Of a stretch of 64,000 bases of DNA, positions 27,326-35,522 are shown piece after piece. How positions within the stretch are numbered: the first letter of the stretch is position 1; each line of letters opens with the position of its first letter. The DNA is from an uncultured Candidatus Saccharibacteria bacterium. GTDB lineage: Bacteria; Patescibacteriota; SOKK01. A program made the position numbers and the translations under genes. The notes below the pieces were generated by a model, which did no database searches, was not told the origin of the DNA, and was given only the letters and a program-made list of their open reading frames with translations. Where the stretch lies: the NCBI GenBank assembly GCA_964518965.1, contig CAZFJP010000002.1, forward strand, positions 7,795 to 71,794, written 5' to 3'.

Positions 27326-28807
27326 ATGCTAAAACGAATATTTTCTCAAAAACGACTAGCAGTTCTAACTACAATAGTACTAATACTGGGAACAATTTTT
27401 AGTTTTGTTCCTCAAAAGGCTCTTGCAACTACTGCTTGGAACGCATTACCTTCCACAGGATTTGATGCCGCAGTAACCGGAATTTCTGCCATATCTGAAA
27501 CTGCCGTTTGGGCCTGTGGGGCTGATAATGATTCCTCAGGAGATATCGCAAGATACAATGGTTATACCTGGACTCATCAAACAATCCCCACTTCTGTAGT
27601 TCTCTGGGATATCTCCATGGCAAGTTCATCAGTGGGAGTAGCAGTCGGAGCTTCTGATGGTACCCGCGGTGTAATTCTCTACACTTCTAATGGTGGAACT
27701 ACTTGGACCCAGAGCACTGACGCTAGTATTCCCAATGTTAATCTTTTGGGAGTTTCAATGGCAAGCACAACAGTTGGCTGGGCAGTTGGACAAGATGCCT
27801 CTGGTACCGAAACAGTGCTTTATACCTCCGATGGTGGCGTAAACTGGGATACCCAAACTGCATCTGCTAGTGGTAATGTCGATTTCAATGACGTTGACGC
27901 TGTTTCTACTTCCGTAGCAGTACTTTGCGGCCAGAGCGACGGAACTAGAGGTACAATCTTTTACACCAGTAATGGCGGCACTACATGGACCCAACATACT
28001 GACGCTGACATTCCTGGCGTTGATCTTAACGGCGTTTATGTTGCCAGCACTTCTGTTGCCTTTGTAGTAGGAAATACAACTAACTTGGGATTAGGAAATG
28101 ACCAAGGAACAATTCTGTCTACCACAAATTTATCTGGCGGTACTTGGGATATTTCATTTGACTCCACGATTCCTGAACAAAATCTCTCCGGTGTAGATGG
28201 AACTTCTACAACCAGAGTTTGGGTTGGTGGAGCGAATGATACAATGTTAGAAACAAGTGATGGAAACGACTGGGACATCAACAGTGTCCCTAGTAATACT
28301 AATCTTTGTCGTCGCCTTTCTGCCGAAAGCGCCGACCATGTTTACGGTACCTGTTCGGGAAGTGACTACGTCATTGCTTCTTTCGATATAACTGGTCATG
28401 ATGTGGAATTTGACTTAGGAATCGCAATCACAATTTCTCTTGACAGCACTGCCAGTTATGACTTTGGCACAGTCATTCCTGAAGTTATTTATACCTCCCC
28501 AGACAATGTCCGCACTGTCAATGTCAAAACTAACAATCCTACCGGTTGGGTTCTTTATATTAAAGGATTAGGCAATTTCACCAGTGGTGCTAATTCAGTT
28601 AATCTTAGTGTCTTGGAATGGGCATCAGACAGTACAGTCTGGACCGACACCACTACCAGCGACACAATGGTAACTAGCGATGCTAACCCTACCGGCTCAG
28701 GTGGTGTAGACACTGGCATGGAATATCGCTTAAACACTGTTCCTTTTGGAACTCCTGTTGCAAACAATTATACTACTACAATTACTTACACTGCTGCAAC
28801 TCAATAA
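27326..28807 (+). CDS. secreted BNR/Asp-box repeat (beta-propeller-like) protein with a WxL-like C-terminal domain
   Basis: 493 aa; signal peptide; at least four repeats of YTSNGGTTWTQ (the SxDxGxTW Asp-box); C-terminus paralogous to 26240-27127 (GWVLYIKGLGNFTSGAN…MEYRLN…TITYTA). Confidence 0.6.
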   Translation: MLKRIFSQKRLAVLTTIVLILGTIFSFVPQKALATTAWNALPSTGFDAAVTGISAISETAVWACGADNDSSGDIARYNGYTWTHQTIPTSVVLWDISMASSSVGVAVGASDGTRGVILYTSNGGTTWTQSTDASIPNVNLLGVSMASTTVGWAVGQDASGTETVLYTSDGGVNWDTQTASASGNVDFNDVDAVSTSVAVLCGQSDGTRGTIFYTSNGGTTWTQHTDADIPGVDLNGVYVASTSVAFVVGNTTNLGLGNDQGTILSTTNLSGGTWDISFDSTIPEQNLSGVDGTSTTRVWVGGANDTMLETSDGNDWDINSVPSNTNLCRRLSAESADHVYGTCSGSDYVIASFDITGHDVEFDLGIAITISLDSTASYDFGTVIPEVIYTSPDNVRTVNVKTNNPTGWVLYIKGLGNFTSGANSVNLSVLEWASDSTVWTDTTTSDTMVTSDANPTGSGGVDTGMEYRLNTVPFGTPVANNYTTTITYTAATQ

Positions 28808-28830
28808 AAATCTTCATTCAAAGAAAACAA

Positions 28831-28858
28831 AAACCCTGTTTACCAAGACAGGGTTTTT
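28831..28858 (+). terminator. rho-independent terminator
   Basis: AAACCCTGTTTACCAAGACAGGGTTTTT. Confidence 0.75.
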
Positions 28859-28897
28859 CAATTTGTGCTATAATAATTTTGATTAATCCTAATTTAG

Positions 28898-30037
28898 ATG
28901 AAGAGAACTACGATTTATCGGATTTTACTTTTTGTCCTGACCCTTAGCCTGATTCCCCAGGTAGTTTTATCAGCTCCCCAAAGCAAATTTACCGTTTCTC
29001 CTCCTAAGCTGGAATATGTTGCTAATCCCGGGCAAACTGTGACAAAACAAATTAAAGTTGCTAATACCGGCAAAGAAAAAATTGCTATTTTCAGCTATTC
29101 GCAATCTTATTCCATCAGCCGTGAGGGAATCCACTCCTTTTTTCTTCTTCCTCAAAACAAAAGCTCTGCGCAGGATTGGATTACTACTAACATCAAAGAA
29201 TTCCGTCTGAAACCAAATCAGATCCAAGATATCAATGTTACCGTAAAAGTACCTGGCAACGTGGAGTTAAAGAGTTACGAAGCGATTCTCTTCTTTGAAC
29301 AAAAAGTTAGCAGTACAAAACCAGAAAATATTGGGATTCAAACCAACAGCCGCATTGGTGTTCCTATTTTTATTCAAATCGGCAAGGAAGGAATTAACCG
29401 CGAAGGTTTTTTAGGAGATCTTAAAGTTAAAGTGGATTGGGGGAAATTAATTGAATTTAAGCCTAAATTCAAGATTAACTGGCGTTATCTTTTTGTTCCC
29501 AAAGAAGTCAAAGCTACCACGCTTTTCGTTAACAATGGTAATGTTTTTATTACCCTTGATAATGGCTGGACTACTTTCACACCAAAATGGAAAAAACTGG
29601 GAAAAGAAGATCAGGTACCACTCTTCCGTATCACTGCCTTACCTCACTCGGAACGTATCTTGGAAGCAATTTGGGAAAAACCACCGTTCTTAGGACCTGC
29701 CACTGCAATGAGCAAAGTTATCTTCTCTTCGCCGGTTGAACCACCGCAACTGGAAGATGAATTCTGGATTATTCCTTGGCGGTTGATTATTTTAATCATT
29801 TTGATTTTAATTATTATCTTCCGCCGCCAGCTTTGGAAATTAATCAAAGCAATTAGCCGCTACATTAAAGAAAAACGAGAATTAGCAAAAGCGCGAAGCA
29901 AAACCAAACGAATCATTAACTTAAATAAAAAGAAAACCCCAGAGACAAACAGAGTAGTTAGACACATTGATATCAATACCTCCACACAAAGAGAATCAAA
30001 AAGACCAAGTCCCCCAAGACGTTTTATCCAAAACTAA
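28898..30037 (+). CDS. cell-surface protein, DUF916/DUF3324-like, with signal peptide and a C-terminal TM anchor plus basic tail
   Basis: 379 aa; N-terminal signal; beta-rich middle; C-terminal WIIPWRLIILIILILIIIF TM followed by a K/R-rich tail, the architecture of csc/WxL-locus anchor proteins (recalled from memory). Confidence 0.45.
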   Translation: MKRTTIYRILLFVLTLSLIPQVVLSAPQSKFTVSPPKLEYVANPGQTVTKQIKVANTGKEKIAIFSYSQSYSISREGIHSFFLLPQNKSSAQDWITTNIKEFRLKPNQIQDINVTVKVPGNVELKSYEAILFFEQKVSSTKPENIGIQTNSRIGVPIFIQIGKEGINREGFLGDLKVKVDWGKLIEFKPKFKINWRYLFVPKEVKATTLFVNNGNVFITLDNGWTTFTPKWKKLGKEDQVPLFRITALPHSERILEAIWEKPPFLGPATAMSKVIFSSPVEPPQLEDEFWIIPWRLIILIILILIIIFRRQLWKLIKAISRYIKEKRELAKARSKTKRIINLNKKKTPETNRVVRHIDINTSTQRESKRPSPPRRFIQN

Positions 30038-30045
30038 CTCACCTA

Positions 30046-30076
30046 AAAACCCTGTTGGAAATGACAGGGTTTTTAT
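30046..30076. terminator. bidirectional terminator
   Basis: AAAACCCTGTTGGAAATGACAGGGTTTT. Confidence 0.7.
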
Positions 30077-30093
30077 ATTTACCAGAAAACAAC

Positions 30094-31122
30094 CTAAATA
30101 ATTAACATCGCATCGCCAAAACTGTAAAACCGATACTTCCTTTTTATTGCTTCCTGATAGGCTTTTTTAATCAATCTTCTCCCAGCAAAAGCCGAAACTA
30201 ACATCAAAAGAGTAGACTTTGGCAAATGAAAATTAGAAATCAAAGCATCAATTGTTTTAAATTGATAGCCGGGATAGATAAACAAACTCGTAGTCCCTCT
30301 CACAGGATTAAACTTGCCATCCTGAAAACTACTCTCTAACACTCTTACTGAGGTTGTTCCTACTGCAATAATTCTCTTCCGATCTTGACGGACTCTATTC
30401 AGTAAATTAGCAGTTTTTCGATCCATCTCAAACCATTCCGAATGCATTTGATGTTTTTCAACTACCCCCGACCGCACCGGTTGAAAAGTACCCAATCCCA
30501 CATGTAATGTCACAAAAGCAAATTGAACACCTTTTTGTTTTAAATCATTCATCAATTCGTTAGTAAAATGAAATCCTGCCGTCGGTGCCGCCACTGATCC
30601 TTTCCGTTTTGCGTAAATAGTTTGATAATCCGATCTAGTAATCCGGCTATTAGTAATGTAAGGAGGTAATGGAACACTACCGCGGTTCTCAATAAACTGC
30701 AAAACTCTCTCACCACTATCTCGAAACCTCAAACCGGCAATTCCATCCTCAAAAACTTTTTCGACAACTGCTTCCAACTTGTCACCGATGAGAATAATCG
30801 CCCCTACTTTAACTCGTTTAATCGGCTTTACTAAAAATTGAAAAAGCTCTCCTTTTTGACTTAGAAACAACAAATCTAACTTAGCACTCTTTTTGCCATC
30901 AACTATTTTATCACCCGAAAGTTTAGCCGGGATTACCTTGGATTGATTGCAAACTAAAACATCGCCTTTCTTGAGATAATAACCTATCTCATAGAAATAA
31001 CGATGTTCTATTAAACCTTTCTTACGATTAATAATTAAAAGCCGCGAGTGATCGCGGGGTCTTTTTGGTCTTTGAGCAATTAATGCTCTAGGAAGATCAT
31101 AATCAAAATCGCTAAGACGCAT
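30094..31122 (-). CDS. queA: S-adenosylmethionine:tRNA ribosyltransferase-isomerase
   Basis: 342 aa; MRLSDFDYDLPRALIAQRP is the QueA N-terminus. Confidence 0.9.
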   Translation of the reverse strand: MRLSDFDYDLPRALIAQRPKRPRDHSRLLIINRKKGLIEHRYFYEIGYYLKKGDVLVCNQSKVIPAKLSGDKIVDGKKSAKLDLLFLSQKGELFQFLVKPIKRVKVGAIILIGDKLEAVVEKVFEDGIAGLRFRDSGERVLQFIENRGSVPLPPYITNSRITRSDYQTIYAKRKGSVAAPTAGFHFTNELMNDLKQKGVQFAFVTLHVGLGTFQPVRSGVVEKHQMHSEWFEMDRKTANLLNRVRQDRKRIIAVGTTSVRVLESSFQDGKFNPVRGTTSLFIYPGYQFKTIDALISNFHLPKSTLLMLVSAFAGRRLIKKAYQEAIKRKYRFYSFGDAMLII

Positions 31123-31738
31123 AATTTTCCTTTTTGGTAATCTGATCTTGCTCTCGCTTCTTTCTTTTAAAAAAATCTTCTACCAGAATCAATACTTTTT
31201 CCTCTACCTCAAAAGGTTTGGGAATATTGCGAAAACTGAAACGACCCACCTCTGCACCAGCTGTTTCTACATCAACATTCCCAAAACGCAGAAGAACCGG
31301 CAAAAATCCCTTAATCTCTGCTTTAATATTTTGTACCTGTCCTAAGCTTAACTGCGAAACCGAACGGTTAAAAAGACCTTTCTGATCAATATCAATTAAA
31401 CGATCATTCGTCAAAATCCAAACATCCAAATAGTAATTAAGCCAGCCAATATAAAGAAATAGCGCAACAAAAAGAAAATAAAGAAAGGAAAAAAGTATCC
31501 AAATATTTCCCCACATTCCTTGCAAAAGAGTAGGAAGATACTGATCAATTAAAGCCCACGCTACAAACCACATTAATACCAAGACAAAAGCAAAAAGAAG
31601 ATTACCGGCAAATTTAAACCAGTGCACCCTTGCTAAAAGCACCGTTTTTTCATCCGCTTGCTGGCCAGGAAATTGTTTTTTTAATTCCCTCATTTTAACT
31701 AAAAATAGTGAGATCCAAATCCTGATTCCAATTCGCAC
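31112..31738 (-). CDS. bPH_2/DUF304-like membrane protein (paralog of 22065-22730)
   Basis: 208 aa; shares the TM pair plus the ...IDIDQKGLFNRSVSQ... core. Confidence 0.6.
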   Translation of the reverse strand: MRIGIRIWISLFLVKMRELKKQFPGQQADEKTVLLARVHWFKFAGNLLFAFVLVLMWFVAWALIDQYLPTLLQGMWGNIWILFSFLYFLFVALFLYIGWLNYYLDVWILTNDRLIDIDQKGLFNRSVSQLSLGQVQNIKAEIKGFLPVLLRFGNVDVETAGAEVGRFSFRNIPKPFEVEEKVLILVEDFFKRKKREQDQITKKENYAS

Positions 31739-31919
31739 CCAAGATATAAACTCCTGAAATAATAATCAAAGTCAACCCAAAAAGAATAAAAATAATAGTT
31801 ACATATTTCGTCGCGTCTCCCACAAACCCAAAACGCTTCGCGGAAAATATCGCAAAACTAGCGAAAATTAGATAGATAATCAGAAATATGATATAGATAA
31901 TAACGGGAATAATCATATC

Positions 31920-31992
31920 CTAAACTTAAAACGAAAAACGTAAAATGAAAAATAAAAATTATTTTTTCTTTTTTCATTTTTCGTTTTAAGTT
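31920..31992. repeat. ~70-bp near-perfect AT-rich palindrome (ACTTAAAACGAAAAA...TTTTTCGTTTTAAGTTT); a half-copy occurs at 50553-50576
   Basis: Inverted repeat read directly from the sequence, between two convergent/tandem minus-strand genes. Confidence 0.65.
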
Positions 31993-32459
31993 TATACCTC
32001 ATGTCCTGGTTCAATTTTAATCTCTTCTTTCTTAATTTCTTTTTTTACAAGCGGGGTAACTTTTTCTTCTTTTTTCGGAAGCGCCTTGGAAACATCTACT
32101 TTCGGCTTTGGCTCCAGCATCTTACAATTACCAATTAAAAGCGCCCCTTCCGCTACTTTTAGTTTTGCAATATCAACATCACCAACAATTTTTGCGGTCT
32201 CAGTTAATTCCAACAGAGTTTTTACTTTTACATTACCAGTAACCGTACCTGAAATCACTGCACTATAAGCATTGATATTTCCTTTCACCTCTGCCGGATC
32301 TCCCATAATCAAATGTCCCCCAATATCAACGTTCCCCTCCAGTTTTCCGTCAATCTTAACATTCCCTTCACTCCTTAAATTTCCTTTGACATCAACCGAT
32401 GCTTCTAAAATTGTTTCAATGTCTTTTCTGGGAGGCTCAGGTAATTTATTTTCGAACAT
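31992..32459 (-). CDS. bactofilin (DUF583) cytoskeletal protein
   Basis: 155 aa with repetitive beta-helical V/G/N/I motifs (GNVKIDGKLEGNVDIGGHL...GNVKVKT). Confidence 0.8.
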   Translation of the reverse strand: MFENKLPEPPRKDIETILEASVDVKGNLRSEGNVKIDGKLEGNVDIGGHLIMGDPAEVKGNINAYSAVISGTVTGNVKVKTLLELTETAKIVGDVDIAKLKVAEGALLIGNCKMLEPKPKVDVSKALPKKEEKVTPLVKKEIKKEEIKIEPGHEV

Positions 32460-32524
32460 AGAAATTTTAGTAATTATTTGTTAGTGATTAACGAATAACG
32501 ATCAGTCGTCCTATTCATTAGCCA

Positions 32525-33013
32525 TTATTTTTGCCCCATTGCTTTTTGCAATACTGTTTTCTCCTCATCGGAAAGATGATATTTGGTTTGACCCTTAGCA
32601 ATCGGTTTCGCATATACTCTTGTCCCTTCACGACTGTGTAAACTGGAGATTACTACCCCATTATCAAAAGAATCAAGTAAAGCCAAAGCAAAACTTTGAT
32701 CACCTCCCGTATCATCAAAAGGATTGAAACGCATTAAAACAACTTTTTTAATACAAATGTCAGTGGTGTCACTAATTTTTTGGGCGAACTGGGAAAGTTT
32801 TTGAATATCGCTGGCATTCTGATTGACTTGCTTTACTTGTTTCAATAAAAGCTCTTCTAAATTATCCACTTTGACTCCCTGGAACATTTCGCGATTTTTC
32901 TTGTTCAGTAAAACCAGTCGAATTTGTAAATAAACAACCCAAATTAAAAGAACCACACTAGAAATAAGCAGAATCATAGTTAAAGATTGATTTTCCTGAA
33001 CGAAATTAAACAT
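32525..33013 (-). CDS. DUF4446-like protein with an N-terminal TM
   Basis: 162 aa; RFNPFDDTGGDQSFALALLD...VISSL...YAKPI motif recalled as DUF4446. Confidence 0.55.
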   Translation of the reverse strand: MFNFVQENQSLTMILLISSVVLLIWVVYLQIRLVLLNKKNREMFQGVKVDNLEELLLKQVKQVNQNASDIQKLSQFAQKISDTTDICIKKVVLMRFNPFDDTGGDQSFALALLDSFDNGVVISSLHSREGTRVYAKPIAKGQTKYHLSDEEKTVLQKAMGQK

Positions 33014-33128
33014 TGAAGGAAAATTAATTGCAGCTACATTATAGCGAAAAAGTTAATCTGAGTAAAGTCATTTGCTTGCATAATTCTTAATTATTAAGCT
33101 ATAATAGAATCGCATTTAAATCACCATC

Positions 33129-33461
33129 ATGTCTAAGAAAAGTAAAAACAAGAAAAGACGCCGCAAAGAACGCTTAAAACGTCTCCGCGCTCAACTTTTG
33201 GCTCAACAGCAAAGTCAAACCCAAGTAGAATCAACTCCAACCAAACTAACTCCAAAAACACCTGCGCTAAACCAAGTTACCGAACAAAAACCAGAAGTAA
33301 TTGAGGCAATTGACCCGGAAGAAAAGAATATGCGCAAGGAATTAAAAAAATACTTCTTGATTTCACTTTTGATTACAATAATTCTAGTTGCTCTCGGACT
33401 AATCATGAATCTAACAACATGGATTAACCCAGTAAAAGACTGGATCGCAAAAATAGTTTAA
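33129..33461 (+). CDS. hypothetical protein, basic N-terminus and C-terminal TM
   Basis: 110-aa ORF followed by a strong terminator. Confidence 0.4.
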   Translation: MSKKSKNKKRRRKERLKRLRAQLLAQQQSQTQVESTPTKLTPKTPALNQVTEQKPEVIEAIDPEEKNMRKELKKYFLISLLITIILVALGLIMNLTTWINPVKDWIAKIV

Positions 33462-33482
33462 TTTTCTTTTTTCTATACTATA

Positions 33483-33512
33483 AAAACTCCTCTAGCAAAA
33501 GAGGGGTTTTTA
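33483..33512. terminator. bidirectional terminator
   Basis: AAAACTCCTCTAGCAAAAGAGGGGTTTTT. Confidence 0.7.
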
Positions 33513-35024
33513 TTAATGATTTTGTCGGTATTGTAAACTCTCAGCAATATGTCGTGATTTAATTTGACTGTTTTCTTCTAAATCAGCAATTGTTCGCGCA
33601 ACTTTTAAAACACGATGATAAGCCCGCGCTGATAAACTCATTTGAGTCACTGCTGATTTTAACAAACCTTGACTTTCTCTATCAATCACACAATGTTTCC
33701 GAATTTGTTCTAAATCCATCTCCGCATTAGTTCTTACAACCAAACTATCTTTAAAACGATATGATTGAATCTGGCGAGCTTTCTCTACTCGCTTACGAAC
33801 TATTTCTGAAGCTTCACCCTGTTCATCACTAGTTAATTTTTCATATTTTACGCGTGCTACCTCCACTTGAAGATCAATGCGATCTAAAAATGGTCCTGAA
33901 ATCTTCTTCTGATAATTTGCTACTTGCACAGGTGTACAAACACAGTCACGCAAGGGATCAGTCAAGTAGCCGCAAGGGCAGGGATTCATACTAGCAACCA
34001 AAGTGAACGAGGCAGGATAAGTAATTGTTCCCTGTGCGCGAGAGATTGCTATTTTACCTTCTTCAAGAGGTTGTCTTAATACTTCCAGAACTGGACGCGG
34101 AAACTCCGGCAATTCGTCTAAAAACAAAATTCCCCGATGACTCAAAGAAATCTCTCCTGGTCGTGGCCACTTTCCTCCGCCAACAAGTGCTACTGCGGAA
34201 CTGGTATGGTGAGGAGAACGAAAAGGTCTTTCTCTAACTAATGGTTGATCAGTTGAAAGTAATCCGGCAACACTGTAGATTTTACTTACTTCCAAAATTT
34301 CCTCCAATGTTAACTGTGGCAAGATAGACACCATCGCTTTTGCTAATAAAGTTTTTCCTGAGCCGGGAGGTCCCGACATTAGCAAATTATGGCCGCCGGC
34401 TGCAGCAATTTCCAGTGCTCTTTTTGCAAATTCTTGTCCTTTAATCAAAGATAAATCATTCTGATGAGTAATTTTTTGCACACAATCCAAGGAAAATCCT
34501 CGTGATTTTTCTACCCGCCACTCACCCTCATCCTTTAAGAGATCACTCAAACTATTTAAAGGATAGATATTAATTCCGGGAACCAAATTCGCTTCTTTAA
34601 AATTTTCTTGCGGTAAGAAAATTCCCGCAAATCCTTTTTCTCTCGCAAAACTCACTATTGGCAAAACACCATTTACTGGCCGGAGATTACCATCCAATGA
34701 CAGTTCGCCAACAAATAAATACTTACTTTCATCAAATTTAATTTGATGAGAAACTTTCAAAATACCAACCGCAATTGCAAGATCATAAGCAGGACCTTCT
34801 TTCTTTAAATCAGCAGGAGCAAGATTAATAGTCAAATGTCCCATTGGGAAAAAAGCACCACTGTTTTTTATTGCCAATTTAACCCGATCTCGTGATTCAA
34901 AAACAGCTTTATCAGGAAGTCCGACAATCATGAAGCCCGGCAATCCTTTTGTGATATCAACTTCTACCTCAATTTCTTGACATTCTAAACCAATTAAGGC
35001 GACACTCTTAATCTTAGTAAGCAT
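33513..35024 (-). CDS. comM: YifB/ComM family Mg-chelatase-like AAA+ ATPase
   Basis: 503 aa with an N-terminal Lon-like domain, Walker A GPPGSGKT, and a C-terminal Mg-chelatase domain. Confidence 0.9.
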   Translation of the reverse strand: MLTKIKSVALIGLECQEIEVEVDITKGLPGFMIVGLPDKAVFESRDRVKLAIKNSGAFFPMGHLTINLAPADLKKEGPAYDLAIAVGILKVSHQIKFDESKYLFVGELSLDGNLRPVNGVLPIVSFAREKGFAGIFLPQENFKEANLVPGINIYPLNSLSDLLKDEGEWRVEKSRGFSLDCVQKITHQNDLSLIKGQEFAKRALEIAAAGGHNLLMSGPPGSGKTLLAKAMVSILPQLTLEEILEVSKIYSVAGLLSTDQPLVRERPFRSPHHTSSAVALVGGGKWPRPGEISLSHRGILFLDELPEFPRPVLEVLRQPLEEGKIAISRAQGTITYPASFTLVASMNPCPCGYLTDPLRDCVCTPVQVANYQKKISGPFLDRIDLQVEVARVKYEKLTSDEQGEASEIVRKRVEKARQIQSYRFKDSLVVRTNAEMDLEQIRKHCVIDRESQGLLKSAVTQMSLSARAYHRVLKVARTIADLEENSQIKSRHIAESLQYRQNH

Positions 35025-35047
35025 AAAAATTACTCCTTTAATTGATT

Positions 35048-35082
35048 AAGTATGAAGACAGAAGACTGAAGGCGGAAGTAAT
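35048..35082. repeat. left inverted repeat flanking the four-helix-bundle gene (GAAGACAGAAGACTGAAGGCGGAAG)
   Basis: Reverse complement of the 35486-35522 copy. Confidence 0.6.
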
Positions 35083-35096
35083 TAAATTAAAAAGAC

Positions 35097-35450
35097 CTAT
35101 GACCTTGAGGTCTTTTTAATCATCGCTATGATAATACTTGTTATCTCATTAAGCTCTTCTTTTAAGTAATCTAAGTGATCTTGGGGGCAAATCTTTAAAT
35201 CCTCTACTACTCCGAACCAATAAAAAGTTTCTCGACATTCTCTTAGAGCAAAATTAAAAATACTAACGGATTCCTTTCGCGAACGAGCCGCAAGGGATTC
35301 AGCAAGACTAGCACCAACACTGGAAGCCGACCTGAGAAGCTGACTTGCAATTTCATAGTGATGAACTTTCTTTACGAGAAGAACAAATTTTGTTGTTTCT
35401 ACAGTAAATTTACGGTTTCTTAATCGGATATCAAAAACTTTTGTTTTCAT
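35097..35450 (-). CDS. four-helix-bundle protein (23S rRNA intervening-sequence protein family)
   Basis: 117 aa; ...IRLRNRKFTVE...ASQLLRSASSVGASLAE...LRECRETFYW...LDYLKEELNEI... matches the TIGR02436/IVS family from memory. Confidence 0.75.
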   Translation of the reverse strand: MKTKVFDIRLRNRKFTVETTKFVLLVKKVHHYEIASQLLRSASSVGASLAESLAARSRKESVSIFNFALRECRETFYWFGVVEDLKICPQDHLDYLKEELNEITSIIIAMIKKTSRS

Positions 35451-35485
35451 AGTCCCTTCTTTAATTATAGAAAATTGAAATTTGG

Positions 35486-35522
35486 AATCTTCAGCCTTCT
35501 GCCTTCAGCCTTCTGTCTTTTA
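35486..35522. repeat. right inverted repeat (CTTCAGCCTTCTGCCTTCAGCCTTCTGTCTTTT)
   Basis: Pairs with 35048-35082; overlaps the 3' end of miaB-miaA. Confidence 0.6.
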
